A stretch of DNA of 64,000 bases. Origin: Antedon mediterranea (lineage: Eukaryota; Animalia; Echinodermata). The DNA lies in contig NC_092675.1 of assembly GCF_964355755.1 (NCBI RefSeq), forward strand, positions 20,804,912 to 20,868,911, given 5' to 3'. How positions within the stretch are numbered: the stretch's first letter is position 1; each line of letters begins with the position of its first letter. The notes beneath the pieces were generated by a model. It saw only the letters and a program-made list of their open reading frames with translations. It searched no databases and was not told the DNA's origin. The translations under genes were made by a program, and so were the position numbers. Of this stretch, positions 28,901 to 43,900 are shown one piece after another.

Positions 28901-31900
28901 AAAAAAAATATTTGTAAGTAAAACTTGGTCAAAACAACTATTTGTCAATAGGATCAACCTAATAATATTATGTGGCTAATGTTTTTTCAATGTAATCTTA
29001 ATAGATTTACAAGCCCTGTGGATGCTTAGTACCATTGCCAAGTGTACATACAAATAATGCATTTCTAGCCTAGAAGAGTCAGATGTAAACAACAGGATGG
29101 TCACCTCAACATAAACAGAACTACTTAAATTAAGTAGCTGAAATTGATTTTGATTACTAATCAATAAATTGGTGAAGATGTGTGACAGAGAAAATATAAG
29201 AAGGAGGCCCCAAGAGGGAATTAAACAAGGAAGGGACCTGGAGATGGGAGGGGCTTTATTATTATTAAGGAAGGAGGCATAGGGTAAGGGATTATGACGG
29301 AAGGGGGCCTGAAGTGATGGATTATTGATGACTACAAAGTGACAATTAATCACTTCTGGAACAAAAAATTATGAGTTCCCATGAGAAATGTCGCTTGAGA
29401 AACTTTAAGTTAGGAAACACATAAAAAAACACAGTATTCAATAAGAAAGTTAGAAATCCTTGCCAAAAAATTATCTACAATATACATCACGTTTGATTTT
29501 CATTTTAAGATTTTAATGTTTTCCTTTGATTTATATCTTAATATTTTTTTGTTTAGGTTTATTTATAAAAAGGAAATTATTATATTATAATGTCGAGTAC
29601 TGTATTAAAAAATACCCTTGTTTAAAATACTGTAGTCATAAAATAATGTGACATAGGCCTACTATCATGTCCAATATATTTTATTAAGTTTAATCACAAC
29701 AGGTGGGTGGCTTTGATCGCCATGCATAATGAGATGAGGAAGTTCTATATTAACGCAGGATCGCAATGAAATTGAGCACAACTGATAGGGATTAACAAAT
29801 GACACTTATCAGTCTTGCTACTTTCAATCATATGCACCGGAAAAGGTGCAAAAACCTGGATGGAATCAATTTAACAAAAATCACCTTTGATTCAATCAGG
29901 TAAATGTTTTAAAAATAAACCAGACAATTTTGTTGAAAAGAAGAGTGTATTAATCATCTTGCTCAAGGCAAGGCAAATTGATTTAAATAATAATTATTAT
30001 TAAATTATCTAATATTTTATGTAATTTCATTACGGAAACAATGTGAGTTTAGTTTTAATATTTCATTGTCACACAAAGCTTTTGTTTGCTTTATTTTTTG
30101 TATTTGAGAAAAAAGTGTTTAAGGTATGTATGGAGAATATTAAAAAAAAAATTCTTGATACGACAGATTTGTTGATGATGTCACTTGTTTATAGGGCAAC
30201 TATACGTACGTTCACACCGAAGATCGCCAGCATCGTAGAACCTTACGCTGCAAGTCTTCACACATATGTCGCCTTGGAGACGGTATGCATCAGGACATGT
30301 ACGACAACGAGGATTGTTATGGTAACACGTTGAGCAAGACGCATCACATTCTATTGAAAAATATTTATCAGATAATACTACAGTATGTTCACAAGCAAAC
30401 AATGCAACAACAAAGAAATGTATCTTGACTATCGTTTGAAAAAGAAATAATTGTTAATGTATGACTGATCAATCTACTAGGGTAATAATAATAATCATCA
30501 AGCTATTATATAGATTATAGATGGCCGAGTGGTTTAAGGCACGGCACTGTAATCCATCCATTTCAGTGGTATATTTGTGTGTGGTCAATTGCTCCAAGAT
30601 CTGCTATTGTACACTATGTGTGTGTGTGTATGTACATCTAACAAAATATTGTTTTTATACTAGTTTCACACTGTCATGGGCATCTGAATCTCAAAGTTAC
30701 AGCATGTTGTAACATCTGATTTTATTTTTGTATTTGTCCACTTAATGAGAAAAGGGCTACTGGTATGTGTCGGTGGTATATCCAATAAGCTAGGCACGAA
30801 ATATTAATTAATAATATTATTTATATATACAGTCAACTTTTCCAATACCAGAAACCCTTAGACTGGCCTAATATGTTTGGTTTTCTCTTTTCTGTTTTAA
30901 TTTTTTTAAAGAAATTAGGACCTTTTGATCTCAAGATGACTGTACATATATTGATGATGTAGGAGAGAATGAATAAAGCATTTTGTGCAACTTACGGATA
31001 CAAAGTACGCCAGACAAATAGTAACCATCACTACATTCAGTAACACACTTCTCTCTTCTTGATAAATATGCAGAGTCACTGCAAGCCACACAGTCACCTT
31101 TCGTTGGACCAGTGCACTCAAAGCAGCCTTGAAAACACTCTGAAAGAAAGATTTAATAATTACTATGATAGTAAAATTATAAGGATAGTATTCATGAATA
31201 TAGTAAAATACTTTTCCAGATTAATTTTTTTATTTTCAAAATATTTTTTATTTCATCATGAATTTGACCAGCCTTAACACAAAATAGAGGCCCAGTTTAG
31301 CAATAAGGAAAATGACAAAATATAATTCTGTATATAAAACTTCGATGTGATTGTTGATGTAATGAGAAAGTATCACAAAATAAGTAATTGTATTTGTTCA
31401 ACAACAAAAATTAAATGAAAATGTAGATATGACGTTCTATCGATCGTTTGTACATGTCTTCTTCGACTCTTGCATCGATGACGATGATGGCCTCTGTCAT
31501 AGCCTAAATAGTTTCAAAAACGAAAAAATGGAATTAAAATTCACTTAATGAAATTTCATATACATACCTCCACATTCCCCATCAAGCTGATAAAAACCAG
31601 GCCCACATGTAGAAAGACACTGTCCCCACTTAAATACTAATCCAGTCTCACATGCCATGCAGTGAAATTCAGTGCCAGCTGAACATTCTGCACATGAACT
31701 ATGACAGGCTATTGGGGACAAAAATCATCATTGGTTAATGGACACTAGTAAATACAGAAATTTAAATAACAACAGTGACATTGTATTACATTGGAATTGG
31801 CATTAAAGGTATTAAAATCTTACTCTCTAGAAGTAGAACTCAATTTGAATTCCCCATACATAAATAAAACATTTAAACAAAACACAATAACAATGGATGA

Positions 31901-34900
31901 CGTACATAGACAAGTGTTTTGTGTAGATGAGTAAAATCCACGACCACAACGATCAACGCAGCGGCCATTTTGGATGACTTTTGTTGAATCTCTGCATGAC
32001 GTACATCCAAAGCTGTTACAGTTGATACAGTCTACATCACATTGAACTGAAAAAGAAGACAGAGGTTGAAAATATTTTCGGGTTTCAAGACTTATTTCTA
32101 AGGGGCTATATTGCTCTTGTATTCTTTGCCTTTGTATTGCATTATTTTCCTAATAAAGACTAGAATAAGTAAATATCAAAATCAGTACTCAAAATGTAGG
32201 AAAACCAATTTTGATACAATGTGAATCTAAAGAAGAAAATAGAATTATTATCCTAAGATTTTCTAAGGTGTTGATTATCACGGCTGTCATCTTCTATCAA
32301 TAAACATGTCAATTATAAGCAAGACACTCACTAGCTTCACACCGATGGCAACATTCCCCATGTACCAAGACAGGAACAGTCCCTAGTTCACATGGGGAAC
32401 AGTCAGGTAGGTAACAAAGGATTTCACCATTCACACATCTACAGATGCTACAGTCATCAAACTGCCAGACATCTTCATTCTGTAGGAAAAATGACCAATA
32501 ATGATAAAACTTAACTTAATATTTAACTCATACATTGTAGTATTTGCATTGTAATATACTCACAGTATAAGTGACACCATCAAAGAAGCAGATTCCCTCA
32601 GGTTCACCACATTCTGGACAGCAACGTCCAGCTTGGTGTTTTAATACTTGACCCTATCAAATAAAATATGTAAATATGATCAACCTGACATGTATTTATG
32701 GGCTGGCCTAATATGTCTGGGTTTCCAGGTATGTTGGTATTCTGAATGTGTTTTTAATGAATTTGAGAACTATTGGAGAGAGTTTCCGGTTTTGAGAGAA
32801 TCTGATAATGGGAGGGTCAGTAGTCCATACTATACTTTCATAATTTTTAAAATTTAACTAGCATTAAACATAAAAGTAATCAGTGTGCAATTGGCCAAAC
32901 ATACGGTAATGCAAGCAAGTTTATTTATAGTAAAATGATTACAGGGGTGGGCTTACACCTGTATCAGTATGGTAATACAAATACACATTCAAATTAGCAT
33001 ACCTGTGTACATGTTATACGATCACAGTCTGTCTTATAACAGTTGACAGTTCCACGACTACATATACAATATTGACATGCTGTTGCATTCCACATATCCC
33101 CATGATATTTAATACTTTGATCATATTCACAATAATCTGTAAACAAACAAAAAGATAAATAATCATTTTAATATTATAATAGACTAATATTTTTACAAAA
33201 TTGTTTGTTTTATACTACACTTTGACATTAATACAAAAGATCAATACTTATTTAAAGATGAATTGTCCCCTGAAAAAATAATTCTTAAAAACATTTTTGT
33301 TGAATATGCTATTTTAATGTAACTTAGTAGTTATCCACTTTGACCAAAAATTGGATCGAAAAAAAAATGTATTTACATGAAAAAAAACATATTCCATGTC
33401 GGATTTAATTAATCTTCATTTACCTCCGCCAAGGAGGTATATGTAATCGGTAGCGTGTGTTTGTTTGTTTGTTTGTTAGCAGGATTACTCAAAAAGTAAT
33501 TACAAGATCTTTACCAAAATGAATATACAGATAGATATGTGGTCAATGACCATTCCATTAAATGTTGGGACCATTTGGGACCATAATCCCAATTCTGGAC
33601 CACTTTTTGAGTATACTTTTCAGACCTGCTAGTATTAAAAGATAGGACAGAATTTTTCAAAAGCCGGCAAACAGTCTTAAAGTAAGAAGTAAACTGAAAT
33701 TGCATTTTCTCGAGAACTACTTCATTCATTCCAAAGAGGCAAGAGTTATAATTTGTGATTTGTAATGTTAAAACATAATTTGATTTAATGTGCAAGTTTT
33801 TTGATGCGAGTAGTTTAAAAAACCTTTTGTTTTTTCAAATTCACTTTGATTTTCGCGTTGCTGTTCTATTGTTAGTCAACTGAAGCTATTGTTAATTGAA
33901 AGGCTTGTTACATAACCATTACACCAAACTCGCATACACATGCTTGTAGTGAAATTAGCCTAAATCACAAACAGCATTAAGACACGCACAAATATATAAA
34001 TATATTTTTTTTTACCGGAGAAATCTTATGTAGGAGAATTTTACAGTAGGCGGAGGTATGCACTCTCGGAGTGGCTTTCTAGTTTTTCATGTTTTTGGGG
34101 GACAATACATCTTTAAACTTTGTTTCATGCACATTCAATGGATAAACAATATACAAAAGTAGTATGAAGGCTTAGAGATTAGAATAGAAACAGTTGTAAG
34201 TTACAGCCCTGTCCCTTTCTGAGGATTGAACCCTGGAGATGGGACAGCAAGGCAAGCATGTTACCACCAAGCTATACATTCACTACTTTGTTACTCCTTA
34301 ATGAAATATTTTAGCCTAGTGTTGATACGTTACGGAATGTGAACCTAATTATTCCTTTCAATTTATTATTTACCCAATTTTTTGATAAGCCAGAAGCCCA
34401 CTTTATTAAGCCTAGTGAATGTACTGTAAGTGGTTTGCGTTTCTTCTAAAGCATTCAAATGATCCAAAATGTCATTAAATGATAAAGCACATTCACAGAT
34501 AACCCAGCTTTTCGTAGACGACATGTCACTTTTATCTTGCTGGGATGTGATTCACAGTATTTCATGTCACGGGAGGGGTGTTTAATAAATCATTCGGAAA
34601 ATGTCATGGGAAACGACTGAAGGCCATTTTCCACTAGATAATATGATATCTGTTGCAAATACCATAAATGAACGAAGCTAAGATTCCATGCTAATTTGAA
34701 ATGGCAGAACAAATCAAAATCAAAATAGTGTATTTACAGAAAATGGTGTTTTGACTTAATTTTATTTATTTAACATGCAAACAATACAAAAAGAATGCAT
34801 GAGGTTGGGCTGTGTTCACCAATCACACTTAAGTGAGATATTTCCCCTAAATTATTTCACTTACCGTAAGTGAACAAATTTCACTTAAAGTGGCATTCAT

Positions 34901-37900
34901 TTTGATAGGTGAATTATAAATGTGCAGGGTTATTTTTTTTCTAATAGCCTATTAGAGTGATTCCATAATGATAATGGTATTTCACTTAAATACAAAGTAA
35001 TTCTTTATTAGTAATAGTATTATATTATTAGGAAATCTTAAAAGGGTGCTTAATTTTTTTAAATATTATTTGCTATTTTAACTACTGTACTAAAAAACAG
35101 AGAGTGTGTTATCTCTATATCAATAACCTCTAAGGATGTAAACAAAATATCTCTTACATTTCCAATGTCATCTGCAGGGAAATTTAATTAACCATTCCCA
35201 AGTGCAGATATCTAAATATTATTATTTTTCTATTCCACAAGTTATCCTGGGATTTGGTAAATTAATCACTAATTCCCTAAGTAAAAGATGTGGGATGTCC
35301 TTCCTACAGCATCTGTTAAAAGTAGTTTACTCAATTATCAATAAATTACAAATCTAATATCCCAAAATTATGAGAAATGGCATAAAAGAAATTCTATCCT
35401 TTCTATTAACAGAGACAAGGCATCACTTTTTTCATCCTTTTGATATAGAAATCTGTTTCTGTTGAATAACTTCAAATAAACAGTTTTCTAACAGTTATTT
35501 ATTGTAGAACTCATCTTTTTAGACACTCCTTCATTCACAAGCTTCGTTCTCATTTGGACACAACGTAACAATGCAAGTGTATACAACTGAGTTGACCAAT
35601 CAGTCAGTTTGGATTATCCAGCACATCGTAATTGGTCAAATTACTTGCACCGCATTGTCATTGCGCTGCATCCAAGTGGGAATCAAACAAAATTGATAGC
35701 TGTTTTAAACTATTTATTTGAAAACATCATGTCTTAACAAGGTACTTAGTTTTAATTTCAAGAAGATGGACGTAATTTATTCACACACCCTAAGATTTTT
35801 CATATTGTTAGCAAATATTTTTTTAAACAATCATTACCTTCTGCAGGTACACATTCTGCACAGCATTCTCCTTCTCGTACAATTCTCCTTTCATTCTAAA
35901 ATTACAACAAAATTCATACATTATTTAGAATAAAAAAATACCTGTACTAAAATTAAATAAATATCAGTAAATCATATTTCTATAATATATAATTCGTAAC
36001 ACAAATCTGAAAAAAAAATTGTATTGGAAGACCTATTTGAATTATAGCATTTAGATATTGTTTTTTTCATACATATTATACAGTATATATAATTATAATA
36101 GATTTCTATGATGTATAATGGTTAGAAATTGAATAAAAGGTTGTTATCATTGTTTAAACATAACCTTTAAAAGACCCTTTGATGTACATATATTTATAAC
36201 TGTGTACAAACATTAGTAACTGTTTTTGTTTAGATAATCTATTTATTAAAACTGATTTATCAGCTGGCCTATCGATATTGAAATGGTAGCAATTCGTAAT
36301 TGACTTTATATAAATTCTAAAGTCTAATTCACTGTACTGTACATGATACAACATTTTTTGCACTAATGTTGATAAGCATGATTTACAAAAGCAAGCCTGC
36401 TTTCCAAAATTTTTACAGGGGGGTTCGTTTTCCACAAAAAAGACAAACATCATCATGGCCAGTTAGGCCTAGCCTATAATTTAGCATACTTTCACCGTGA
36501 AAGGGCACTTCAGGAAAAAGGATTTGTTCACAATGCGTTTGAACAGCAATTGTAGTTTGTACACGCAACTGAGGTGATGATAACCCCTAGAGCAGCTTCA
36601 GCCTACCAATTATAACCTTTACAATATTGTGATGCCCAGGCTTAACTATAATTTCTGATATTGCCAATTGATATCAAGTAACTATTACCAACGGGACCTG
36701 CAAATTAGCAAAACTACTTACGTTGTTACACCGCCTTTCGTAACAATCAAGCTCTACACATGATATTGATTGCGCTTTACACGAGCAATGATTACACGGA
36801 CTGGTCTGCCAAACTTCACCCTCAAAGTAAAGAGCGCTATCGTGTGTACAGGGTGGATTTTGACACTCCGGACAACACTGGCCATCTGGAACTACCATCA
36901 ACTGACCCTATCAATACAAAAAAACACAGTTTAATGAAGATTGCAACATAATAACGTTCAATTTAAAAAACATGGAATAATTGGTTTTGCAATACTATTT
37001 ATTAGTATTGAAAGAAATCTCAAAATACGAAATATTTTACTAGAAAAATACCAGTATATAAACAAAATGAAAATGATTAAAATGTATTTATCTCTGTGTA
37101 ATAGAAATACTATTATACTTTAATACAGTAAAACCCATCCTTTAGGACACCATTATTCCCTTTATTAAAGGGACACTTTCCTGTGAAACAAAAGAAGGAC
37201 AATATATGTCGCTACTCAGGGGACATCTTTGTTCAAAGGGACATCTCTATTCAGAGAACACCCCTATTCAGAGGATATCACTATTGTTGGGCCCTGAAGG
37301 TGTTCCTTAGTAGAGATTCTTCTGTATACTGTGACATTAATAAAAATTAAAAATAGAATCATCACGATTTGGCTTTGGATTGAAAATTAAGCAGTGGAGA
37401 CAATTTAATTCCGAGGTCAACCAATTGCCATTAAAACGTACATCAAAATTTGTATAGATAATATATGTCAGCACTTTCAAAACTCCTCTATGACTCAAAG
37501 TGTTACAAAATAAGAAGTACAGTAGTCCTTTAATTTCACAGTTTTTCCTGTCAGAACCTGCAAAATTATCAACATTTTCAAACACCACTTTAACACTTAG
37601 GAAATCAGAGTGGTTAAAGGGCAGTAAATATTTGGAGAGAAAGTTATGAGTCATACTGCTATAATGCTCCTCTTAACATTCAACATTATATGAACTGATA
37701 TTTAAACGTCAAACTAACTACTAAAATGTTCTATAGAGAATTCAAGTACTACATTAATCTTTATTGTAAACAAAGTTAAACAGTTTGCTGAATATGATAG
37801 CCCTCATGTTGAGTTTACAGTTACTGTATACGAAGTGTTTGAAAAGTAATATGTACTAGATTGAGAAAGTGTTTATTATTTCTTATAGATGGCATGCTGA

Positions 37901-40900
37901 TGGTGAGGAAGATAGTAAGTGAATGATGTTTAAATGAGAGATGTATGATAATAATTGTATACCTTCAGTAGTGCCAAGTAACAACAAATATTATTTAAAT
38001 TCTGAGCTAATGTCTAATGTTGACTTTGCTCTACTAACATTAGAGATTTATGGTGTAATGATAATATCTGACTAGCATGGGTTCGAGCCTATCTGTACCA
38101 TACTGATTGAATTCTTAGACCACATGCTTTACTTTCATTGTCTTGTCCTTCGGATGGGATGTAAAGCCGTTGGTCCTGTGACATATAGTACATGTTAAAG
38201 AACTTGGTACACTATTTGAAAACATAGATCATCTCTTGGTGTGCTGATCTGGTAGGCGCTGCACAGCGAGCTGCCGTGGGTTCATGGTGGGCAAAATCCA
38301 AATTTTCTCAGTTATCATTTAAGCTTGAGGACCAAGCATTTAACATTAATTCAACATTTGACATTAATAAGAGACTGTTTAAACATATGGAGTTCTTGTT
38401 TTGTATCATATACAGTAGGAAGGTACTATGGAGATTAGTGGACTCTATATGCTATGAAAAGAGATGCTTCAAATAGAAAATGTACATCAACTACATATTA
38501 TTCAGTCAGTAACAAGGGTGTAGATATACAGAAACCCATTATTCTTGATAATAAATAAGGATCTGCAGTTTAACTGCTGAAAAAAAGGCTTATAAATCTG
38601 TTAAGTTAGTTGATGTTGTAGACAGTGTTTATATAGCAGCAACTGTTTCACAAGACAAAATACAAGACTTGCTGTTTATTGTTTTAGATACACAGTTTGC
38701 TTTTCTTCCTACTAGTTCATATAAAAATTTAGCCGCAAAGATCCAATAAAACTGACCAACAGGAATGCTGGCTGGGTTGGAATAAAGTGAGTGATGCATA
38801 TAATATGCTCAGTATGATTATATAGTTTCATCTGAAAAAATATGGAAAAATACAGGACTTCTGAGCCTCAATTTGTGTGATTTAGTAAGTCATGGCCAGT
38901 ATTTTACAAAAAGGGACAAAAACTAGCTAGGCTAGTTAAAAAAAATCACATCTGCTGTTGGTCTCTACTTTGAAAAGAGAAATTCAGGAAAAGGGAGGTT
39001 TTGTTTAAACATTTGAACATGGAGGTATAAAGTTTATAATTTTAAACCTTCATGATTTGAACCCCTTGGCTATGGGCTAGGGATACATATATACTACAAT
39101 TCACACTTTGTTGTAAACTTTTACCTGAAAATGTGTGAGTTACATTGACTTTGCACTCAGCCATAATCAATCAAATTTTAATTTAAAATCTGACAACAAT
39201 ATAAACTAAAGTATTCTTATAGAATGAATGGTGTTTTTTTCTCTTTTAAACAAATGTTCAAATCAATTTCATCACCTAATCCTCTTAATTAGTAAAAAGA
39301 AGGATTTAGAAATATATAAATTTATCAATATAAATGAAGAATCTAGTAGAGATATCACTGTAGTAGATTTAATATTGATTCAAGAGTTGATTATTAGGGA
39401 AACCATTAATTTCTAAGGAAATTAGCAACATTCAATTTCTATATTTAAAGATTTATTAAAGTAGGTAAATCACTCAAATTAAATTCTCATATGATAATAA
39501 TTTGTCTTTCTTTAGATCTAGGTTACTTAAAAAACACTAATTAAAAGTATTAAATAAAGTCTAAAAGGGTAAAGCAACAACACTATGAGTGAAATGCATG
39601 ACTATTAAATAGATCAAATGCCACCATGGTGTCCCCGGAGTTTGAGGGTACACACTGGTTCTTTTGGACTTATTTGATCTGAAATTAATTAGTGGATCTT
39701 TTGATATATTGACACAAATTTACTTGCAAGATATTATGTCAAGACATTTTTTTCAAAAAGCTAAATATAAAATATGAAGAAAAAGTAGGTAAAATTGCGT
39801 ATCACTTCTTACTGAGTCATTGATCAGACATATAATTTGGTGTAATTAAATATTGACAGCAAAAGATGTGAGTAATATCAGAAAGATTATCTTAAATAAG
39901 GCTTCTAAAAAAATATTAGCGAGATGCTGTATTTGGCAGATCAAAACTTTGTAGATCGGTCAGCAGATAATTTACAAGGGTTTCAATATTGTATAAATAT
40001 GCTTATAGTGCATACACATACGCAGACTCTTAATGCGCTGTACACAAATTAAGAAAGAAAATAGCACAGTATTTAGATAAAATGAAAAAGTTTGTTGAAA
40101 AAGAGTAGCAGAGGTTGGAGCTGTCACAGCAAAAGCTCTTTGAAAATTGGTAGATGTTATAGCCTGTGTAGTCATAAGCTGACAGTGACAACCTTGCCCT
40201 AATAAGAAATCTAGTAGTAGGCCGGTAAATCTGCACAATCTCAGATAAGTAGCCAGATGTTATATTGTGTTGTGCCATGTATGAAAAGATCAACACATTG
40301 TATTCAATTCACTGTTGTGATTCTTTTTATAAATTGGGAAAAACCTTTCAAATCGTCGTGCTAAACACAAATATGAAACTTAGGGTTCCGCTATAATGTC
40401 ACTGTTTCAAATTTAAGTTGGTTGAATATCTGAGACAGTTATGGTACGTCTCCAAGGCGGTTATTATTTTGTCTGTCTATCTCAGAATTAAGCATAATTT
40501 ATAGATAAGATTAGAAAAAACACAATAACCTATTTAGAGTAGTCCGACAGAAATATATAAACAAGTCTAGAATAATAACAAATTTAATGTTATTGTCTGT
40601 GATATAAATTGACCTAAATAATGGTAATAATATAATAAAGGCATAGACCAGTTTGTTGCTAAGTCATTCTTTCTTGCAATTGTAAACACCAATCTTAATT
40701 AAGATGTCATATTTTTTTAAGGTACTTTACAGGTCTAAATACTGAGCCGACTGATTAAGGGAATTCCCCAAGAAGCACAATGGATTATAAAAGGAAATCC
40801 TTCATATAAATCAATTATTGTTATACAATTTATGAAATACTTATGTTATTATGAGTGCTGGAGTAATATCTCATGGGATATCAATTTTTTTAAACCGATG

Positions 40901-43900
40901 GAACAGGTGATCCAGGGTATTGTAATAGCTTCAATTGAGAATGATTCCGTGAAGATAGAGAAAGATAGCGGCCTAGCTTTTGCCATAATATCTACAACAT
41001 TAGGACAAACAGGTGGTAATGATGAAGACAAAGCAAGGGCCGATCTCAATGTCCCAGTGAATTATGAAATGAAATATTGGCGAATTGTCAAAGGATAACT
41101 GCCCTAGGATATAAATGACCTATGAAATGGATAAGACATATAGAGAAGTGTAAAAAGCAGAAGAAGAAGAAGTGTTGAAAGCGGAAAATGAATCAACACA
41201 ATAAAAAAATCAAATTCAGTCATAGGTGAGCTAGCTTTAGGTATATTTTGCGGTTTTATGGTACTTTGACACATCATGATTCGAACCTAGGAGCCTGAAA
41301 TTAGCCAGAAAGTAGGTTCTGCACTAGGCGAAAGTACCACTAAATAGAGAGCCACTGATTTGCAACAACCTAAAAATTATACATGGTTCCTTTGTAAAGC
41401 TTTTTAAAGTTTTCCCCGTTATGAGAATTACATCCAAAAATGTTGAATGTATAAAGTTTAGTTCCCACTAGGACGCAACGCAAGGAAGCAGGCGCAAGTT
41501 GACCAATTAAATGTGACTATTCAAATAATCCATCCCTTGAGATTGGTCAAATCAGTTTGCTTTGCAATACGTCCTTGCGTTGCGTCCTAGTGGGAACCAA
41601 GCTTAATACAGAATCCAAAGTCATCACCTAGACCAATAGACAAAATTGTGTCCGATGACTTGACAAAAATTGCCAAAGTCAAACTTAACGTATATGAATA
41701 GTACCTTCATATGACATCATAAAGGACAAAGGTTGTCGCAAGCTCATTAATGTTGTCTAGCACTTTAAATCTGATTCTACTTACCGTTGAAATATTATGT
41801 TCTAGGAACATACATTTCTACTCTAAGCATGGGCATGTAGTCAACTGTAGTTTAATAACAATATTTTTTGTACATCATGTACAATTTCTAATACGGGAAG
41901 TAATACAAACAAAATTAAATTAAAAAGATGAATTGATTAACATAGCATATTCATTAACATCATTAATTTGAACATTATATATTCCACAAATTGATTCTTG
42001 GGAAATATCGTTTCCCTATCATGTTAACACAGTTAATTACCTGCAGACACGATACTGGCGGACAATCTGCGATATAACACTGCGTTGTCCCGTCGGTACA
42101 TTTACATAGAGCACATTTGGCAGGACTCCAGGATTGCCCATGACGGTACTGTTGACTCTGATATGCACATTGTCCTAAAAAAAAATGTAGTGAAAAAAAA
42201 AAACAATGATGAATCATTAATTCTGACAATTGTAAATGTTCCTTGTCAAATTTAATAAACGTTAAATGAGTTTTTCCGCTTTTTAGAATTATTTTTTTTA
42301 CCATTGACATGTACAGTAATAGCCAATGTGCAATAACACATTATAAGTCATTTCCCACAGTGTAAAAACATTTGGTTTTATACAAAGAGTTATTTTTCAT
42401 CTGATTTAATTAATATATAAATCAAGAGTGTTACTTCAATGCAAGTTGCGAGTTGATTAATTTTAACAGTTTGGTATGTAGTTGTTTATTTTTGAAGGAC
42501 TCTATCTACAATGTTATGTCTATGACTTGAAAAATAGTGTACAGTATTAGGCGAATTCAGGCAGAGGAAAAATGGAGTTTGGTCAAACTAAGCTAATATA
42601 ACATATTTGGTTCACCAGCATTAATATTCTAATGGTAAATTAAAATTTAATAACCACTTACTTCCGACTTTCACACACTGGGGGCAGCATTCACCATGTA
42701 CATTTTGCATTACCTCGTCAGCGTTGCACTGAATGTTGGGGCATGTTGAATTTATACATTCTACGACTCCATTTGTACAATAACACGTTGCACAAGGGGT
42801 AGGGCTCCACTGAGAATTATCCTGCAAAAAAAAAAATTTATGTAATACAGTAGAACCTCTATTAAGGGGACACCTTCAGGACCAACAAAGTGTCCCTTTA
42901 TTAGGAATGTCCCCTGATTTGGGGTTTGGCCGTAGTGTTATTAAATACATGAAAGTGGAGGGTAGACTATTCTGATGTAGATGTATGAACATGGTAGAGC
43001 TTCATCATTTCAACCTACAATAATGTGAATGAAAAAAATCCTTTAATGATCCCCAATATACAGTAATTGGAAATGAGGAAATGCAGTTAGCCCATCCCAT
43101 TAATTCTCTTTTCCCTCTCTCCACCCTAACCCTGAGCCCACTATAAAATATGTTGCTAATTTTTGTGTAAATTTTAATTATTTACAGTTCAAAATACTTT
43201 GAACTTTTAGTCATTGGTACTCCTGTCCTTTTCATTTATAAAATTTAAACCATAAGGTGATAATATGGATAACAGCATGAGACTAAAATGGTGTATGCTT
43301 ATAGTTGCTAAAGTCTCTGGTATGGTCTTGCAGAAGAGCACATATACAATTTATAAAATTATTATCAATTTTGCAATAAAATAATGTTTTTGTTTAAATT
43401 TCCAGTATATTTGAACTCAAGTCAGTAAATCATCCTCTTACCTATGAAAAGAAACATATTATTTAAACAACACTTATATTTCCAGATGTGGGACAGCAAA
43501 TTTATTGAGCCAATGGGATACACTCTTGTAAAGTTATGACAAAGTGTTGAGAAGTCTGATACCAATTGTTTAAATTTATGGAATAATAAAATAGGTTTCA
43601 CACCTTTCTATAAAAAATATGATGTTGTTCCTGTTTATTTTGACAGGTTAACATTCGTTCAGGTATTATAATCCACATTATCAGGAAATAAGGAGTTACA
43701 GTATCAACCTATCACAAGCTGTACCGCAACCGGCGTTCTATAAGGTGTTCGTAAGTAGGCTAGTATAGCATGTACAACGTACACAAGGCTAACACTCAGC
43801 GTATCTTTTCTCACACGTCGTAACGTTCTCACGTTACGAAAGAAAATGATGACGGTGGTACGTTGGTACGTTCCCACATGAGGGCGTGGTTGCGGACGGG

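Noticed and set aside
20224-32046. Furin-like repeats as a separate proprotein convertase or R-spondin gene
   Set aside because: They splice in phase between the VWC and CSPG exons, and no protease domain is present
34211-34278. Functional tRNA genes here, at 30520 or at 50549
   Set aside because: Only A/B-box-like words remain and no complete cloverleaf can be drawn
1350-36951. Plus-strand ORFs overlapping exons (e.g. 2950, 7093, 8897, 15614, 16107, 19516, 36760)
   Set aside because: Antisense shadows of FRAS1 exons with no independent domain pattern
40700-41172. 88-aa plus-strand ORF at 40832
   Set aside because: No domain; probably a decayed RTE-like LINE ending in (GAA)n, too degenerate to call
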